A stretch of DNA of 64,000 nucleotides, taken from NCBI GenBank assembly GCA_016746295.1, contig JAEAOA010001935.1, positions 356,430-420,429 on the forward strand. The letters run 5' to 3'. This DNA is from Potamilus streckersoni. Its lineage: Eukaryota. Below are positions 39,101 through 51,382 of the stretch, one piece after another. Position 1 is the first letter of the stretch. Every line of letters begins with the position of its first letter. The translations under genes and the position numbers were made by a program. Under the pieces are notes generated by a model. The model worked only from the letters and a program-made list of their open reading frames with translations, made no database searches and was not told where the DNA came from.

Positions 39101-39834
39101 GTAGGAAGAGGCTAGAGACCAGCATTGACATGTGTCATGCATCCTTGGGCATCACATGACTTCCAGGCCAAGGAAGTCTCAGAATATTCATTTCTCCAAG
39201 GGGCATTTATCCTTCCCTAAATAGGTAATAGATCCAAACCCTTCCTGGAAATGCAAACAACCATCCAAAGAAAAAGAGGTGAGTCTTTCTTCATCCTCTT
39301 ATTCATGTAGCAACTTTTTTACAAGTCCCACACTTTATCAGAACACAGACCATTGTGCACTAACATGCTGAGGTGAGCGTACCATACAGACATCCTTTGA
39401 TCACACCTTGCAACATTATACTTTGAAAAAAAAATAACATTATACCAAAGAAACACTAAACCCAGAACTTAAAAGGGGTAGACCATTTTTACTCTAGAGC
39501 TGGTATAGTGAAATGGGGAATGCAATTAAATGAACCACTTCTTACAAAGCAAGTTGCCAAAAAAACACCTAATTTAACAAAATATGTGTGTGAGTGAATG
39601 CGTGTGATTTGGATATTTAATGTAGCTATAACAATTTTTTTAGTCATATCGCTATGATGTCTGGACTATTTCCCACATACCAAAGTCAGGTTTATGTCAT
39701 TGTTTAGTGTGTCTACTGAAATAAAATAAAATTATTAAGGGGTACCACAAAACCCACTACAGCTGTAATAACATCCATGACAGAATTCTGCTGGATTGGT
39801 TACCCTTCGGACTAAGTGGACATCTACAATCTGT

Positions 39835-40068
39835 TGTTGTTGTTGGGCTTAACGCCATTTTTCAGCACACGATAGGCTATTCATGGCGGCCAGTATTAAT
39901 GGTGGAGGAAGAAACCGGGAAATCACCGGAAAGAACCACAGACTCATGAGAAGCTACTGGCAAGCTTTCTCACATATCCACATTATCCGAATCCTAGACT
40001 CGAACACACGCAGAGGTGAGATGGCAGTGATCCGTAACGGACAGCGTTTTAGACCACTCGGCCCATCA
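39835..40068 (-). mobile_element. SINE family B copy with a 13-bp target-site duplication atctacaatctgt
   Basis: Direct repeat atctacaatctgt immediately flanking both ends (39821-39833 and 40071-40083). Confidence 0.8.
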
Positions 40069-40441
40069 TCTACAATCTGTAGTGGACACTTAATCCCTTG
40101 CCTCATGTCCATGTTCACTGAAATTTGCAATATGTGTACCAATCATCTGATGACTGATGCCATTTCTAATAAGTCAGTCATTTTAAGATGTCACCCATAA
40201 TGCTCTCTACCAAACGTTGTGTTATCAAAGGAATGCTGATGGCAGGAAGCAGAAGAACAAAGCTTCTCTAGAACATGGTGTGGTACCTCACTTGAAGACC
40301 TTTCTGAGTACCATTCTAAGATTTTTCATCTCCATATCTGACTTGCAAAATAATTCACAAAAAAACCCCTAAAATTTCATTTGTTAGAGCATAAAACAAT
40401 ACATGACATGAATGCCATACTAGTTTTTTTCAAAAACTTAC

Positions 40442-40594
40442 CTTTATTATCTTCCTGGCATGGTAACAATTTCACTCTTTTGGAATTCATAGATACGGAC
40501 ATATAGCCTGGCTCTATTTCAATCTCTGGCAAACTTTCAGGTGATGAAGGTCTTTTTCTAGGTCTTCCAACACTTCGCTTATTTCCTGTTTCAT
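40442..40594 (-). CDS. Internal coding exon (minus strand) with an AT-hook: (D)ETGNKRSVGRPRKRPSSPESLPEIEIEPGYMSVSMNSKRVKLLPCQEDNK
   Basis: Acceptor ttccacacag|AT and donor AAAG|gtaagtt; 153 nt (2+150+1) open; GRPRKRP AT-hook core; paralogous exon at 45692-45543. Confidence 0.6.
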
Positions 40595-40786
40595 CTGTGT
40601 GGAAGAGACATAACAGTTCTGGGGTTAATTAACAGTTAATTCAGTAATCAAATGAAAAATGAAGCGCATACAAACTTTTGACTATAGAGTGCATTTAAGA
40701 TCATTTGCCAGAAAGTCTTCAATGTTTACATGTGTAAATAACTTAGTGTAGTTTGCCAACAAATTGTTTCCAAAATATGTAATTGT

Positions 40787-41092
40787 GTGTATGTGAGTGT
40801 TTTGGAGTTTTAATGCAGCTTTAAAATTTACATATTTATTGCTATGATGTCCAAAAAGTGGCAGTTAATAGTGATGTCTAGCAATGGGGCATCATACTGC
40901 TTACATGCAGCATCCACCCAGACACATTATCCTGACACCTGGCCAAACACTAACCTCTTAATGATGAGCACCAAGCGAGGCAACTAATAGTACCATTTTT
41001 AATAACTCTTTGGTATGATATGGTTAGGGTCAAAACCATTACGTCCGACATCTGAGGTGGATACCCTAACCACATAGGCCACCAGAGCAGTC
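40787..41092 (-). mobile_element. SINE family A copy inside duplication unit A (paralogous copy at 45878-46201 in unit B, so its insertion predates the duplication)
   Basis: Collinear with the other family A copies; present at the equivalent position of both duplication units. Confidence 0.7.
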
Positions 41093-43070
41093 AATTTAAC
41101 AAAATAAGGTCAAGACAACACTTAGCTATAGCAAGGACTGTGGAACCAGCACCTGATTGAATGTGGTATGTGATATGTTTTTCAAATACTAACATCTGAG
41201 CAAGGCAGCTACTAGTACCATTTTTATAAATCAATTGCATGACATGGCTGATGTTCGAAACAATGACCTACCGCATCTGAAGTGGATATTCTAACCAATT
41301 AGAATATTGATTTGATTTAAGAAGAAATGGACGGACATAACCACTTATTTGAAGTGGATCTGAGAAGAAAAAGTATGCATAAGATAAAAAAAATACTTGG
41401 GTTAACTTGGGATTAAGAAAATCTGACACAGCACGGTGTTATATTTTCATGCTTACAATGGTAACATATCAAATCTTGAGTGCCAGCTTTTGAGTAAAAT
41501 TGTTTGACACATGGATGTTTACGATCAAAATTGGATTAATTCATCCATATGTGAAAAACGGCATGGTATCTCAGTTCATAGGAGAAATTAAATGGCTCAT
41601 AATGTTATGAAACAATGATATCAGATTTTAATGGAACCCAAAAATGATTAGGAGCAGCATCTTTGAAGATTCATTATAATTCAGATGATTTGGTATAGAA
41701 TAATTTTTGCATATAATGGTGGCATTGGGGATTCAATATATCAATTTGGATTTGTGGATATTTCTTCCTACAAGGTTCTGAAAAGCTTGAGTTTCACAGA
41801 AAAATGCCTTTTTGTAAACAACTGATGAAACATCTGGCTTTCAAATTCCTGCTCCAACCATACCCAATGGCATACATTTTTAATACCTCTCTTGTTATCT
41901 TCAGAATTCTTATTTGCTCTTTCAAATATGTAGCTCACCACCAGAATGATGCTGCTTCTTATATATGATCATAATTAGGACTAATTAGGTGAAAACGGTT
42001 CTGAATGAATTCAACCTGCACTCTGGTGGCAAAATCGCAGGGCACACCAACAGAAAACAACCCCTACCATTTTTCCCCTGTAAATTTATTTAAATCTTTG
42101 TACTACACCTTTATTTTAAAAAAGTCTCATGTATGTGAAAACATGTCTTTGTTAATCACTAATTTTGGGTCTGGTTCGGTGATACAAATGTAGAAAATAT
42201 GTAAGTACCATGACTGAATAATTAACATCAGGATCATTGAAAAGCTGATGACCATAAACTGATACATGTTTATGAGGTCTCTAAATGATCAATTACGACA
42301 AGGAGAAAGCAGAAATAATAAGTCATAAGTGTCAAAACCCTCCAAAGAGAGACCAATCTGGTCTGATATGAATTTCATTAAGCAGATGAGAATAAAATCA
42401 CTTTTTAAAGCTAAAGTAAGCAAATTACATGTGTAACATTTTTGCTTTTGGAGGCTGGATTTACAAGGTAAGGATGATCTGATATATTTTGAATAAGGAA
42501 TTTTCCTAGCAAAGCACCAACAAAGTTTTCTAAGTCTAGATATAATAGGTACAAAAAATATTGCTAAAAATAAAAAAATCTCTTTTGTACAAAAATTTGT
42601 TAACAATGACATTGAAAGTGCAACAAAAGAAAATACAAAAGCTATTTGAGCTTGAAAATGAAGTCAATGCAACCTACTTTTAGTGTGGTTGAATTACACC
42701 CACTGACAGACACCAACATAACAATTTTCATGTGCAGGTGAAAATGGATCTAGGATAGTGACGGTGTAATGATTCATCTTGAATCTAAGTAAATGAACAA
42801 ATGCACAGACAAAATGTAAATCATAACTTTGTTGATGAGGGATAAAATTCTTAAGGTGGTGACAAGCTCAGCCGCCAATATAGCCGCTGAACAGAATAAT
42901 CCAACATAATGACACAAATTACTGCAACTCGAAAGCTACACTGCTTTTAATTTTTGCATTTTCGTATGCTGTTTGAATTTAAGTATAAATTTTGATTCCT
43001 GAGTCTACTGACCATTATTTTTTACTTCTGAGCCTAAAAATCTAAAAAAAATGAAAATTTGAAATCATAC

Positions 43071-43196
43071 CCCTGTTCTGGTTCTTGTTGTCTTGCCCAC
43101 TACCTGGACTACCTGCTGGTGACTTAATGCTTTTCTCTGCCACAACAGATGATTTAACATCATTATCCTTCTCAGCTTGTGCCTGTGAGGCATGTT
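43071..43196 (-). CDS. Internal coding exon (minus strand): (E)HASQAQAEKDNDVKSSVVAEKSIKSPAGSPGSGQDNKNQNR
   Basis: Acceptor tcaacag|AA and donor AGGG|gtatga; 126 nt (2+123+1) open; phase-compatible with exon 45692-45543 upstream (G|AA = Glu) and exon 40594-40442 downstream (G|AT = Asp); paralogous exon at 58128-58003. Confidence 0.55.
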
Positions 43197-43419
43197 CTGT
43201 TGACATGAAAATAAAATATAAATACTGCATTGCTTATGAAATTAGCATCTTACATCCATATCAGCTACAGTACACAGAGATAGACTAACCATTATTCATT
43301 TGTGCGAGTGTAGTTGTCATCTAATTGTTCATCACTATACAATGTAATATCCAAGCATAACAAGCATGGGTCTGCACTCCAGTGTATTATTACTTCCTGC
43401 AAGGCCTTTGAAGATGGAG

Positions 43420-43565
43420 TAAAATATACCAGGTAATTTACTTATCTGGCAATGTGAACCCCAATCAGGTAATTTACCTATCTGGCCATGTGGACCCCAA
43501 TCAGGTAATTTACCTATCCAGCCATGTGGACCCCAATCAGGTAATTTACTTATCTGGCTAAGCAG
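43420..43565. repeat. 36-bp tandem repeat (caggtaatttacctatccagccatgtggaccccaat), 4 copies; a paralogous array sits at 58400-58545
   Basis: Direct read; each unit contains a CAG|GTAATT / AG|GTAAAT splice-donor-like motif on both strands. Confidence 0.8.
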
Positions 43566-43664
43566 ACACCAATCAGAGTGAGTAATGCCTGATGGAATTA
43601 ATACCTGTTGAATGAAATAAAAGAACAGTCTGAACCATTCCAATATATGTCTCAAAATTACATT

Positions 43665-44500
43665 GTACATCACTCTTCACAAACACAAATACAGCATGGT
43701 CCATCAGCAATATGAATGTACATTGTACATCACTCTTCACAAGCACAAATGCAGCATGGTCCATCAGCAATATGAATGTACATTGTACATGATATGAATG
43801 TACATTGTACATCACTCTTCACAAGCACAAATGCAGCATGGTCCATCAGCAATATGAATGTACATTGTACATGATATGAATGTACATTGTACATCACTCT
43901 TCACAAGCACAAATGCAGCATGGTCCATCAGCAATATGAATGTACATTGTACATGATATGAATGTACACTGTACATCACTCTTCACAAGCACAAATACAG
44001 CATGGTCTATCAGCAATATGAATGTACATTGTACATGATATGAATGTACACTGTACATCACTCTTCACAAGCACAAATACAGCATGGTCCATCAGCAATA
44101 TGAATGTACATTGTACATGATATGAATGTACACTGTACATCACTCTTCACAAACACAAATGCAGCATGGTCTATCAGCAATATGAATGTACATTGTACAT
44201 GATATGAATGTACACTGTACATCACTCTTCACAAGCACAAATACAGCAAGGTCCATCAGCAATATGAATGTACATTGTACATGATATGAATGTACACTGT
44301 ACATCACTCTTCACAAGCACAAATACAGCATGGTCCATCAGCAATATGAATGTACATTGTACATGATATGAATGTACACTGTACATCACTCTTCACAAGC
44401 ACAAATACAGCATGGTCCATCAGCAATATGAATGTACATTGTACATGATATGAATGTACACTGTACACCACTCTTCACAAGCACAAATACAGCATGGTCC
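43665..44500. repeat. ~82-bp minisatellite (…atcactcttcacaagcacaaatgcagcatggtccatcagcaatatgaatgtacattgtacatgatatgaatgtacattgtac…), about 10 copies; absent from duplication unit B
   Basis: Period of about 80 bp read from recurring 'cactcttcaca'. Confidence 0.85.
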
Positions 44501-45099
44501 ATCAGTAATGTCATAAAACATGTTTGGGTCATCATCTACTTATATACATATAAATGTGCAGGCCAAATTTCATTTGCAACAGAGTTAAAAATGAAGTCCA
44601 AAGATCTGGACAAATTTTCAAAATTTATATAATGGCCTGAAAATCTAATCTGATAATCTACTACAAACTTCTAGGGATGGCACAATCCATCCAAAGAGGT
44701 GATTAATATGACAGAATTTTGTTCAAGATAGATCAAAATATGGCTGCAAAAAAAAGCATACAATGTCACTAACAATGTTTATAATGTAATATCAAAACTG
44801 GATTGCTCAAACTTTTAAGCCTCCAAAGTAACAAAAAAATCTGTCCCAAATATTGACAAAATTCAAAATCCTGTCCTCAGTACAGAAAAAAAAAAAAACT
44901 GTCAAATGTATCCCATTTCTGGTATGTCAGTCATTTTAAGCTGCCACCCATAATACTTTCTTCCAAATTAGTACGAAATTGGGGCCGAGATTTTGAGAAG
45001 TCATTTAAAAATGGACTAATAAACAGATACATCACACACAGAAGATGCAGTGCCCTATTGTAAAGATCATATGGGATCAAAAGAATGCTGATGGCAGGA

Positions 45100-45350
45100 A
45101 ACAGTTGTTATGGGGTTTAATGACATTTTTCAGTACAAGATAGTTTATAAATGGAGGCCAGCATAAATGGTGAAGAAAGAACCGGGGAAAACCCCTGAAA
45201 GAACAACCAACACACGAGAAACTACTTGCATGCTCTCTCATGTACATATATTGCTGAGCCGGAGACTCGATCCCATGCAGACAGATGTGAGATGACAGTG
45301 ACATATAACGGTGAGTACTTTAAACCACTCGGCCACTTGGGACCTTACTG
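45100..45350 (-). mobile_element. SINE family B copy inserted into duplication unit B after the duplication
   Basis: Absent at the orthologous point of unit A (40225: ggcaggaagcagaagaac continuous); flanked by ggaaacag/ggaagcag-type short direct repeats. Confidence 0.7.
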
Positions 45351-45542
45351 GAAGCAGAAGAACAAAGGTTCTGGAGAATGTAGTGTGGTACCTCACTTGC
45401 AGACCGTTCTGTGTAACATTCTAAGATTTATCATCCCCATATCTGACTTGCAAAATAATTCATAAAATAAACTAAATTTCATTTCTTAGAATGTAAAGCA
45501 TAACATGACATGAATGCCACACTAGTTTTTTCATCAACTTAC

Positions 45543-45692
45543 CTTTATCTTCCTGGCTTGGTAACAATTTCACTCTTCTGAAATTCATAGACATGGGCAT
45601 GTAGCCTGGCTCTATTTCAATCTCTGGCAAACTTTCAGGTGATGAAGGTCTTTTTCTAGGTCTTCCAACACTTCGCTTATTTCCTGTTTCAT
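45543..45692 (-). CDS. Internal coding exon (minus strand), paralogue of 40594-40442 with an AT-hook: (D)ETGNKRSVGRPRKRPSSPESLPEIEIEPGYMPMSMNFRRVKLLPSQEDK
   Basis: Same acceptor and donor as its paralogue; 150 nt (2+147+1) open; one codon shorter. Confidence 0.5.
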
Positions 45693-45877
45693 CTGTGTGG
45701 AAGAGACATCATAACAGTTCTGGGGTTAATTAACAGTTAATTCAGTAATCAAATGAAAAATGAAGCGCATACAAACTTTTGACTAAAGAGTGCATTTAAG
45801 ATCATTTGCCAGCAAGTCTTCAATGTTTACATGTGTAAATGACTTAGTGTAGTTTGCCAACAAATTGTTTCCAAAAT

Positions 45878-46201
45878 CAGTAATGTGTGTGTGCAAGATT
45901 TGGATTTTTAATACAGCTTTAAGAAATTATCCAGCTATTTTGCAATGATGACTGCAAAGTTGCAGTTAATAGTGATGTCTAGCAATACTGCATCATGCTA
46001 CATACATGCAACATCATGTTTCACACAGTCACATTATCCTGACACCAGGACAAACACTAACTTCTTAATGCTGAGCACCAAGTAAGGCAGTTACTAGTAC
46101 CATTTTTTTAAAAATCAATTGCATGACATAGCTGATGTTTGAAACCATGACCTCCCACATCTGAGGTGGATACTCTAACCACTTAGGCCACCAGAGCAGT
46201 C
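45878..46201 (-). mobile_element. SINE family A copy in duplication unit B
   Basis: Paralogous to 40787-41092. Confidence 0.7.
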
Positions 46202-46639
46202 AATTTAACAAAATAAGATCAAGACATCATTTAACTGTAGCAAGGACTGTGGGAACCAACACCTGAATGAACAGAAAATAAAGGTGGAATGCAATACGTT
46301 TTCAAGCCAATAACGAAGACACTTTTCTACAAGAGGAATCATGCACATCTGGTGCAGACAACATAGCAGACTGTATTTGGGCTGTAACACGGGAGTCAGA
46401 CAGGAATCTTGTTCTTGCAGTTCTAGAGGAAAGAATCATATGGCTTGGACAAATGATTGTATTCCAGGAAGATAGGCAATTAAATAGTTGTTGACATTGC
46501 ATCATTTATATTTAACCCCATGTTGATATGACCATCGATTTAGAACAAACAGCAATAAGAAGATTCTGAAGATGGCTGCTGGTGTCCATTAGAATGTCTC
46601 AGCATTTTCATCCAGGACAAGCTTACAGTGAATTTGTTC

Positions 46640-47040
46640 AAGGCAATTCTTAGAAGTATTTTAGGAGGAGTAGTGATAACAAGGTACAGTGAATGTATTC
46701 ATGGTAAATCTTCCAAGCATTTAAGGAGGAGAAGTGATAGCAAGGTACAGTGAATGAATGCATGGTAAATCTTCCAAGCATTTTAGGAGGAGAAGTGATA
46801 GCAAGGTACAGTGAATGAATGCATGGTAAATCTTCCAAGCATTTTAGGAGGAGAAGTGATAACAAGGTACAGTGAATGTATTCATGGTAAATCTTCCAAG
46901 CATTTAAGGAGGAGAAGTGATAGCAAGGTACAGTGAATGTATTCATGGTAAATATTCCAAGCGTTTTAGTAGGAGTAGAGATAGCAAGGTACAGTGAATG
47001 TATTCATGGTAAATCTTCCAAGCATTTTAGGAGGAGTAGT
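46640..47040. repeat. 60-bp minisatellite (aggagaagtgatagcaaggtacagtgaatg[aa/ta]t[g/t]catggtaaatcttccaagcatttt), about 6.5 copies
   Basis: Direct read. Confidence 0.85.
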
Positions 47041-50000
47041 GATAGAAAACTAATGGGCATGCGGATGTCAGGCCATTCCACAATATCTTCCTGCTTATGA
47101 CCAATGCGTGAAAATGAAAACATTTTGAGTATTTTCAAATATAAATCAGTTTATCATAAATTTCACCAATCTTCCAATCCAAAGTTTGTTTGGAAGTAAC
47201 TGATTTGTTAAAAGAGCATTCTGACGTAAATCATTCTTTGAAATAAAACAGCATTCAAATATTCCCTTTAGAATCAAGAAGTACCACCCTTAACTCAGCC
47301 AATAAAGTCGCTCTCAGTTACAATCTTTGTCCAGCGTGCTCCAAAACTAATGATGTGATACATTTGACAAATTCCGTCAGTGACTAATCTAACAACAACA
47401 TTTACATGTGGTACAAAAATTGATTTAAGAAGAAATGGACGGACATAACCACGTATTTGAAGTGGATCTGAGAAGAAAAAGTATGCATAAGATAAAAATA
47501 AGACTTGGGTGAACTTGAGATTAAGAAAATCTGACACATATGGTGTTAGATTTTCATGTTTACAATGGTAACATTAAATCTTGAGTGCCAATTTTTGAGT
47601 AAAATTGGTTGACACATGGATTTTCATTATCTAAATTGGAATAATTCATAAATATGTGAAAAACGGCATGGTATCTCAGTTCATAGGAGAAATTAAATGG
47701 CTCATAATGTTATGAAACAAGGATATCAGATTTTAATGGAACCCAAAAATGTTTAGGACCAGCATCTTTGAAGAGTCATTATAATTCAGATGATTTGGCA
47801 TAGAATACTTTTTGCATGTAATGGCAGCATTGGGGCTTCAATAAATCAATTTGAATTTGTGGATATTCATTCCCACAGGCTCCTGCAATGCATGCCTTTC
47901 ACACAAAGATACCTTTTTGTAAACAACTGATGAAACAGTTGGCCATTAAATTCCTGCCCCAAACATACCCAACAGCATACATTAGTACCTCTCTTGATAT
48001 CTTTGGAATTCTCATTTCCTCTTTCAAGTATATAGCTCACCACCATAATGATAGGACTAACTAGGTGAAAATGGTTCTCAGAGATCTCAAAAACGCTTAA
48101 TTACGTGTACTTGGACGCAAATATTTTATTGGGATTCAGAAAATCACCCACACTGGAGTCCTCCGAACGCATGTTTTTGTGGCAAGGAGGAAACTTTTGT
48201 GGCAAAATAAATATGTTCTCTAATCACTATGAAAACTGAAGCAATGCTTTTATTTTAGTTTGTTGCTGACTTTTTTTATGAAAGGTGCATGTGTTATTGA
48301 AGGCGCTGCTATAGGTTCCCTTTGAATGACAAAACAAATACCCACTTGCTATTGCTGCAGCAACATCAAATGAATTGTAGAACATTCACACAATTTTTTA
48401 AAATAATTTCCTTCAGAGGTAATCAGTTTTCATTGAAGTTGCAGAAAAACTTTTTTGGTTGTTTTTTTTCTTTATTTTTTTTTAAAATTGCTATTGTGTG
48501 GTCGACTGTAGTCATTTCACGTTTCCGCCCTCAGAGGTGGTCGATTGTAGCTAGTTAGTTGCATGGCTAGTTTGATTATATTACAGCATACATTATCAAA
48601 GATATCAGCATAAGCAGATTATAACATAACAAATAAAATTTAGGTTAGTTGGTCAATATCAAATAAGGATTTATTTATGTAACAATTGATTCCAGTTCAT
48701 TTTTATATCCATATTTGTGGCTTCCTGTCATTGTGCCTTTGAATTTCTCCACTCCAAACTCAAGACTGTATATACCATTTTTATCAGCCAAAATGTTGTA
48801 GCCAAATATATGGCCAGATGGTATATTTTGTTGTCAATACAGTCAAACCCGGTTATCTCGATTACGTCGGGGGTGTAAAAAAATCGTCGACATAACCGGG
48901 TCCCGAGATATCCGGGTTCATAAAAACAGGTAATTTTAAAAAAGTCCTTGAGCATTACTCCCGTCTCTTGCTGGTGTTTATTGGAATCCCCTCCCACTGC
49001 ATGTTACAATAAAATAAACAAAACACTTAATTGATAATAAAATGAAATGAACTAACCTGGTGTTTTTATCATTTATTCCTTTTTTATCATCATAAGTAAT
49101 TTATTAAAGAAAAAATATATGAACTCCTTATATCACATGTAGCGTATGCATCCATTACTGTAGTGTGCATCACTTATATCAGATAACACACGACGCATTT
49201 TTATAATCAATGTGAATATTGAAAAACAAATCATGTATGGTTGTACTCAGAGGTTTAAATATGTTATCAGATTGAAAAATGGATCAAAGAATATCACAAA
49301 CGAGAGAGTGAGAGAGAAACATCCACCAATTGCTTTCAGGCACCCGCCATTCACCCGTAACGCGGTGTTAGGTGCAAAATAACCAAGATTGTATTATATC
49401 CAGGTTAATATATGACAGTATCTCGCAGATAAAGATCAATAAATGTTTTTGAAAATACATGTATATGTACATTGACTGTGAGTGCAAATGGCCCTCCTTT
49501 CGCTAGTATGGGTTACAAAGAGTATTTATTAAAGCAAGTTAATGTTGAGTAGACTATTTACCCCACTGGCATCAATGCGAGTTTGTATCAATTATGATTC
49601 CTGATGGCAAATAAATAGATGCATGGGTGGGGAATAAACACATCCGTTGGCGAGCAGTAAACTAATTCTTTGAACTTACCGGCAGGATATCAAATACAAA
49701 GGTTATTTTATTGCAAAGCAAACCGACCCTGGAAACCGACTTTTGATTCTTTCAAGTGTGCCGATTCTTTTTTTTCTTTTCTGTTGGTTTTTTTTTTTTT
49801 TTGCCAACTTGGGTTTGCCTTTACTGGTATTCACAGGAATTTTGAAAATAAATTAAAACAATGGAAGCCAATTTTTCTGCCCGACTTAAATAAGTTATAT
49901 TACAAATAAGAAAACAAAACAAAATTAAGAAGACCTCAAGCATGAGAACTAAATTATGGGGCCTCGACTGCTATTGTATAGAAGCCAAGTGCCTGAGATT

Positions 50001-50125
50001 ATCCATTGGCATGCATATATATGAGCATATATATAAGGTGATATTCTGCCTAGAAATTAATCTGTTCTGTTTATTTTCTGTTGACAAGTACATGTATATG
50101 CTGTTTCATGAGAGAGAAAAAAAAA

Positions 50126-51026
50126 ATGTTCCAAAAGAGAAAGCTTTCAAACCAAAACATTGAACTGAAGTATAAAATTTTGCTACAACTTGAAAAAGGC
50201 GAAAAGTGTGTTGATTTGGCAAAAAGTACAACATTCCATCAAACACTATTACCGGCTGGAAGAAAAATGCTGATAAAATCAAAACTACTTATGAACTTGG
50301 ACAATTTGGTCCCGATAGAAAGAAAATGCGTTCCGCAAAGTTCGATGATGTCGACGAGGCAACACTAAAATGGTTTAAAAACGTCCGTGCCGAAAATATC
50401 CCAGTAGACGGCCCTCGTATCCAGCAACAGGCTGAGAAATTTGCAAAAGACTTGGGACATGAAACATGGAAAGCATCACATGGCTGGTTAGATCATTTCA
50501 AACAGCGCAATAATATATGTTTTAAAACCGTGTGTGGAGAGAGAGCATCTGTTTCAGATGTGGCTGTTAAGGAATGGCATAAAGAAGTTTTGCCAAAAAT
50601 TTTAGACAAGTTTAAGCCATGCGATATATACAATGCTGATGAAATGGGGCTAGTTTGGCAATGTCTGCCTAACAAGACGATGGATTTCAAAGGAAACAAA
50701 TGCCATGGAGGAAAAAAATCCAAAGAGAGAGTAACTTTGCTTTTGGCCGGAAATATGGATGGAAGTGACAAGATCAAGCCATTAATAATAGGAAAATCAG
50801 AAAATCCAAGATGCTTCAAAAACCTGAATAGGTCTTCTCTCCCAGTTGACTATAAAAGCCAGTCAAATAGCTGGATGACAGGTGACATCTTTACCAGCTG
50901 GTTACGCAAGTTAGATCGCCACTTAGAGTTTGAAAAACGAAAGATCGCATTGATAATAGGCAACTGACGTGCTCACCCACATGTAGAAGGGTTACAAGCA
51001 ATCACAGTGTATTTTTTTCCTCCCAA
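50126..51026 (+). pseudogene. pogo/Tigger transposase, N-terminal two-thirds (CENP-B/psq HTH: MFQKRKLSNQNIELKYKILLQLEKGEKCVDLAKS..; HTH_Tnp_Tc5 and start of the DDE domain: ...ATLKWFKNVRAENIPVDGPRIQQQAEKFAKDLGHETWKASHGWLDHFKQRNNI...ERVTLLLAGNMDGSDKIKPLIIGKSENPRCFKN...RKIALIIGN*RAHPHVEGLQAITVYFFPPN), inactivated
   Basis: Frameshift near 50225 between ORFs 50081-50368 and 50326-50967; in-frame TGA at 50965-50967 inside the conserved LLLDNxxAHP motif; coding sequence cut at 51026/51027 by the hAT insertion. Confidence 0.75.
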
Positions 51027-51382
51027 CAGGGTTCCTGCAGTCTTAACCAAAACAAATTCCATGACTTTTCCAAAACTTTTCCAGAGACATTCAACAAAAC
51101 TCAAGGACCGCGCTCTCTTGCATTATCAAGTAAAATGAATATAAAGAATGACATCTTTCAAAGAAAATAACAAATAAGTTAACAACAAATATTTTTAATA
51201 TGTACATTTTAAATTTACCTGGGTTTGCACACATTGACTTCATGCAGTAATTCATGTTATAATCCAATTTTCAATGTAATTTGTATTCAAAAGTAAAAGA
51301 GAAACAATTCTATGTAGTTTATGTATGTGTTCATATTTACAATATTAACAAAACATGTCACTTTCCAGTTGCTTTCTTGTAT

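Larger units (their letters stand above)
40130..44960. repeat. Unit A (~4.8 kb) of a tandem macro-duplication; contains exons 43196-43071 and 40594-40442, a SINE-A copy and an ~82-bp minisatellite
   Basis: 40166-42020 ~ 44930-48078, and 42000-43620 plus 44490-44960 ~ 57115-58590 plus 58860-59290; collinear at roughly 85-90% identity by eye. Confidence 0.75.

Noticed and set aside
43335-43815. Minus-strand ORFs of 112 and 80 aa with PDWGPHG / CTFILLMDHA repeats
   Set aside because: They read through the 36-bp and ~82-bp tandem arrays. The periodic peptides are artefacts of the repeats, and the real exon is the adjacent 43071-43196.
48728-48997. Short ORFs at both ends of the pogo element (48728-48997 and 56595-56798)
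   Set aside because: They lie within the TIR and subterminal repeats of the transposon, share no frame with the transposase, and are opposite in strand to it.
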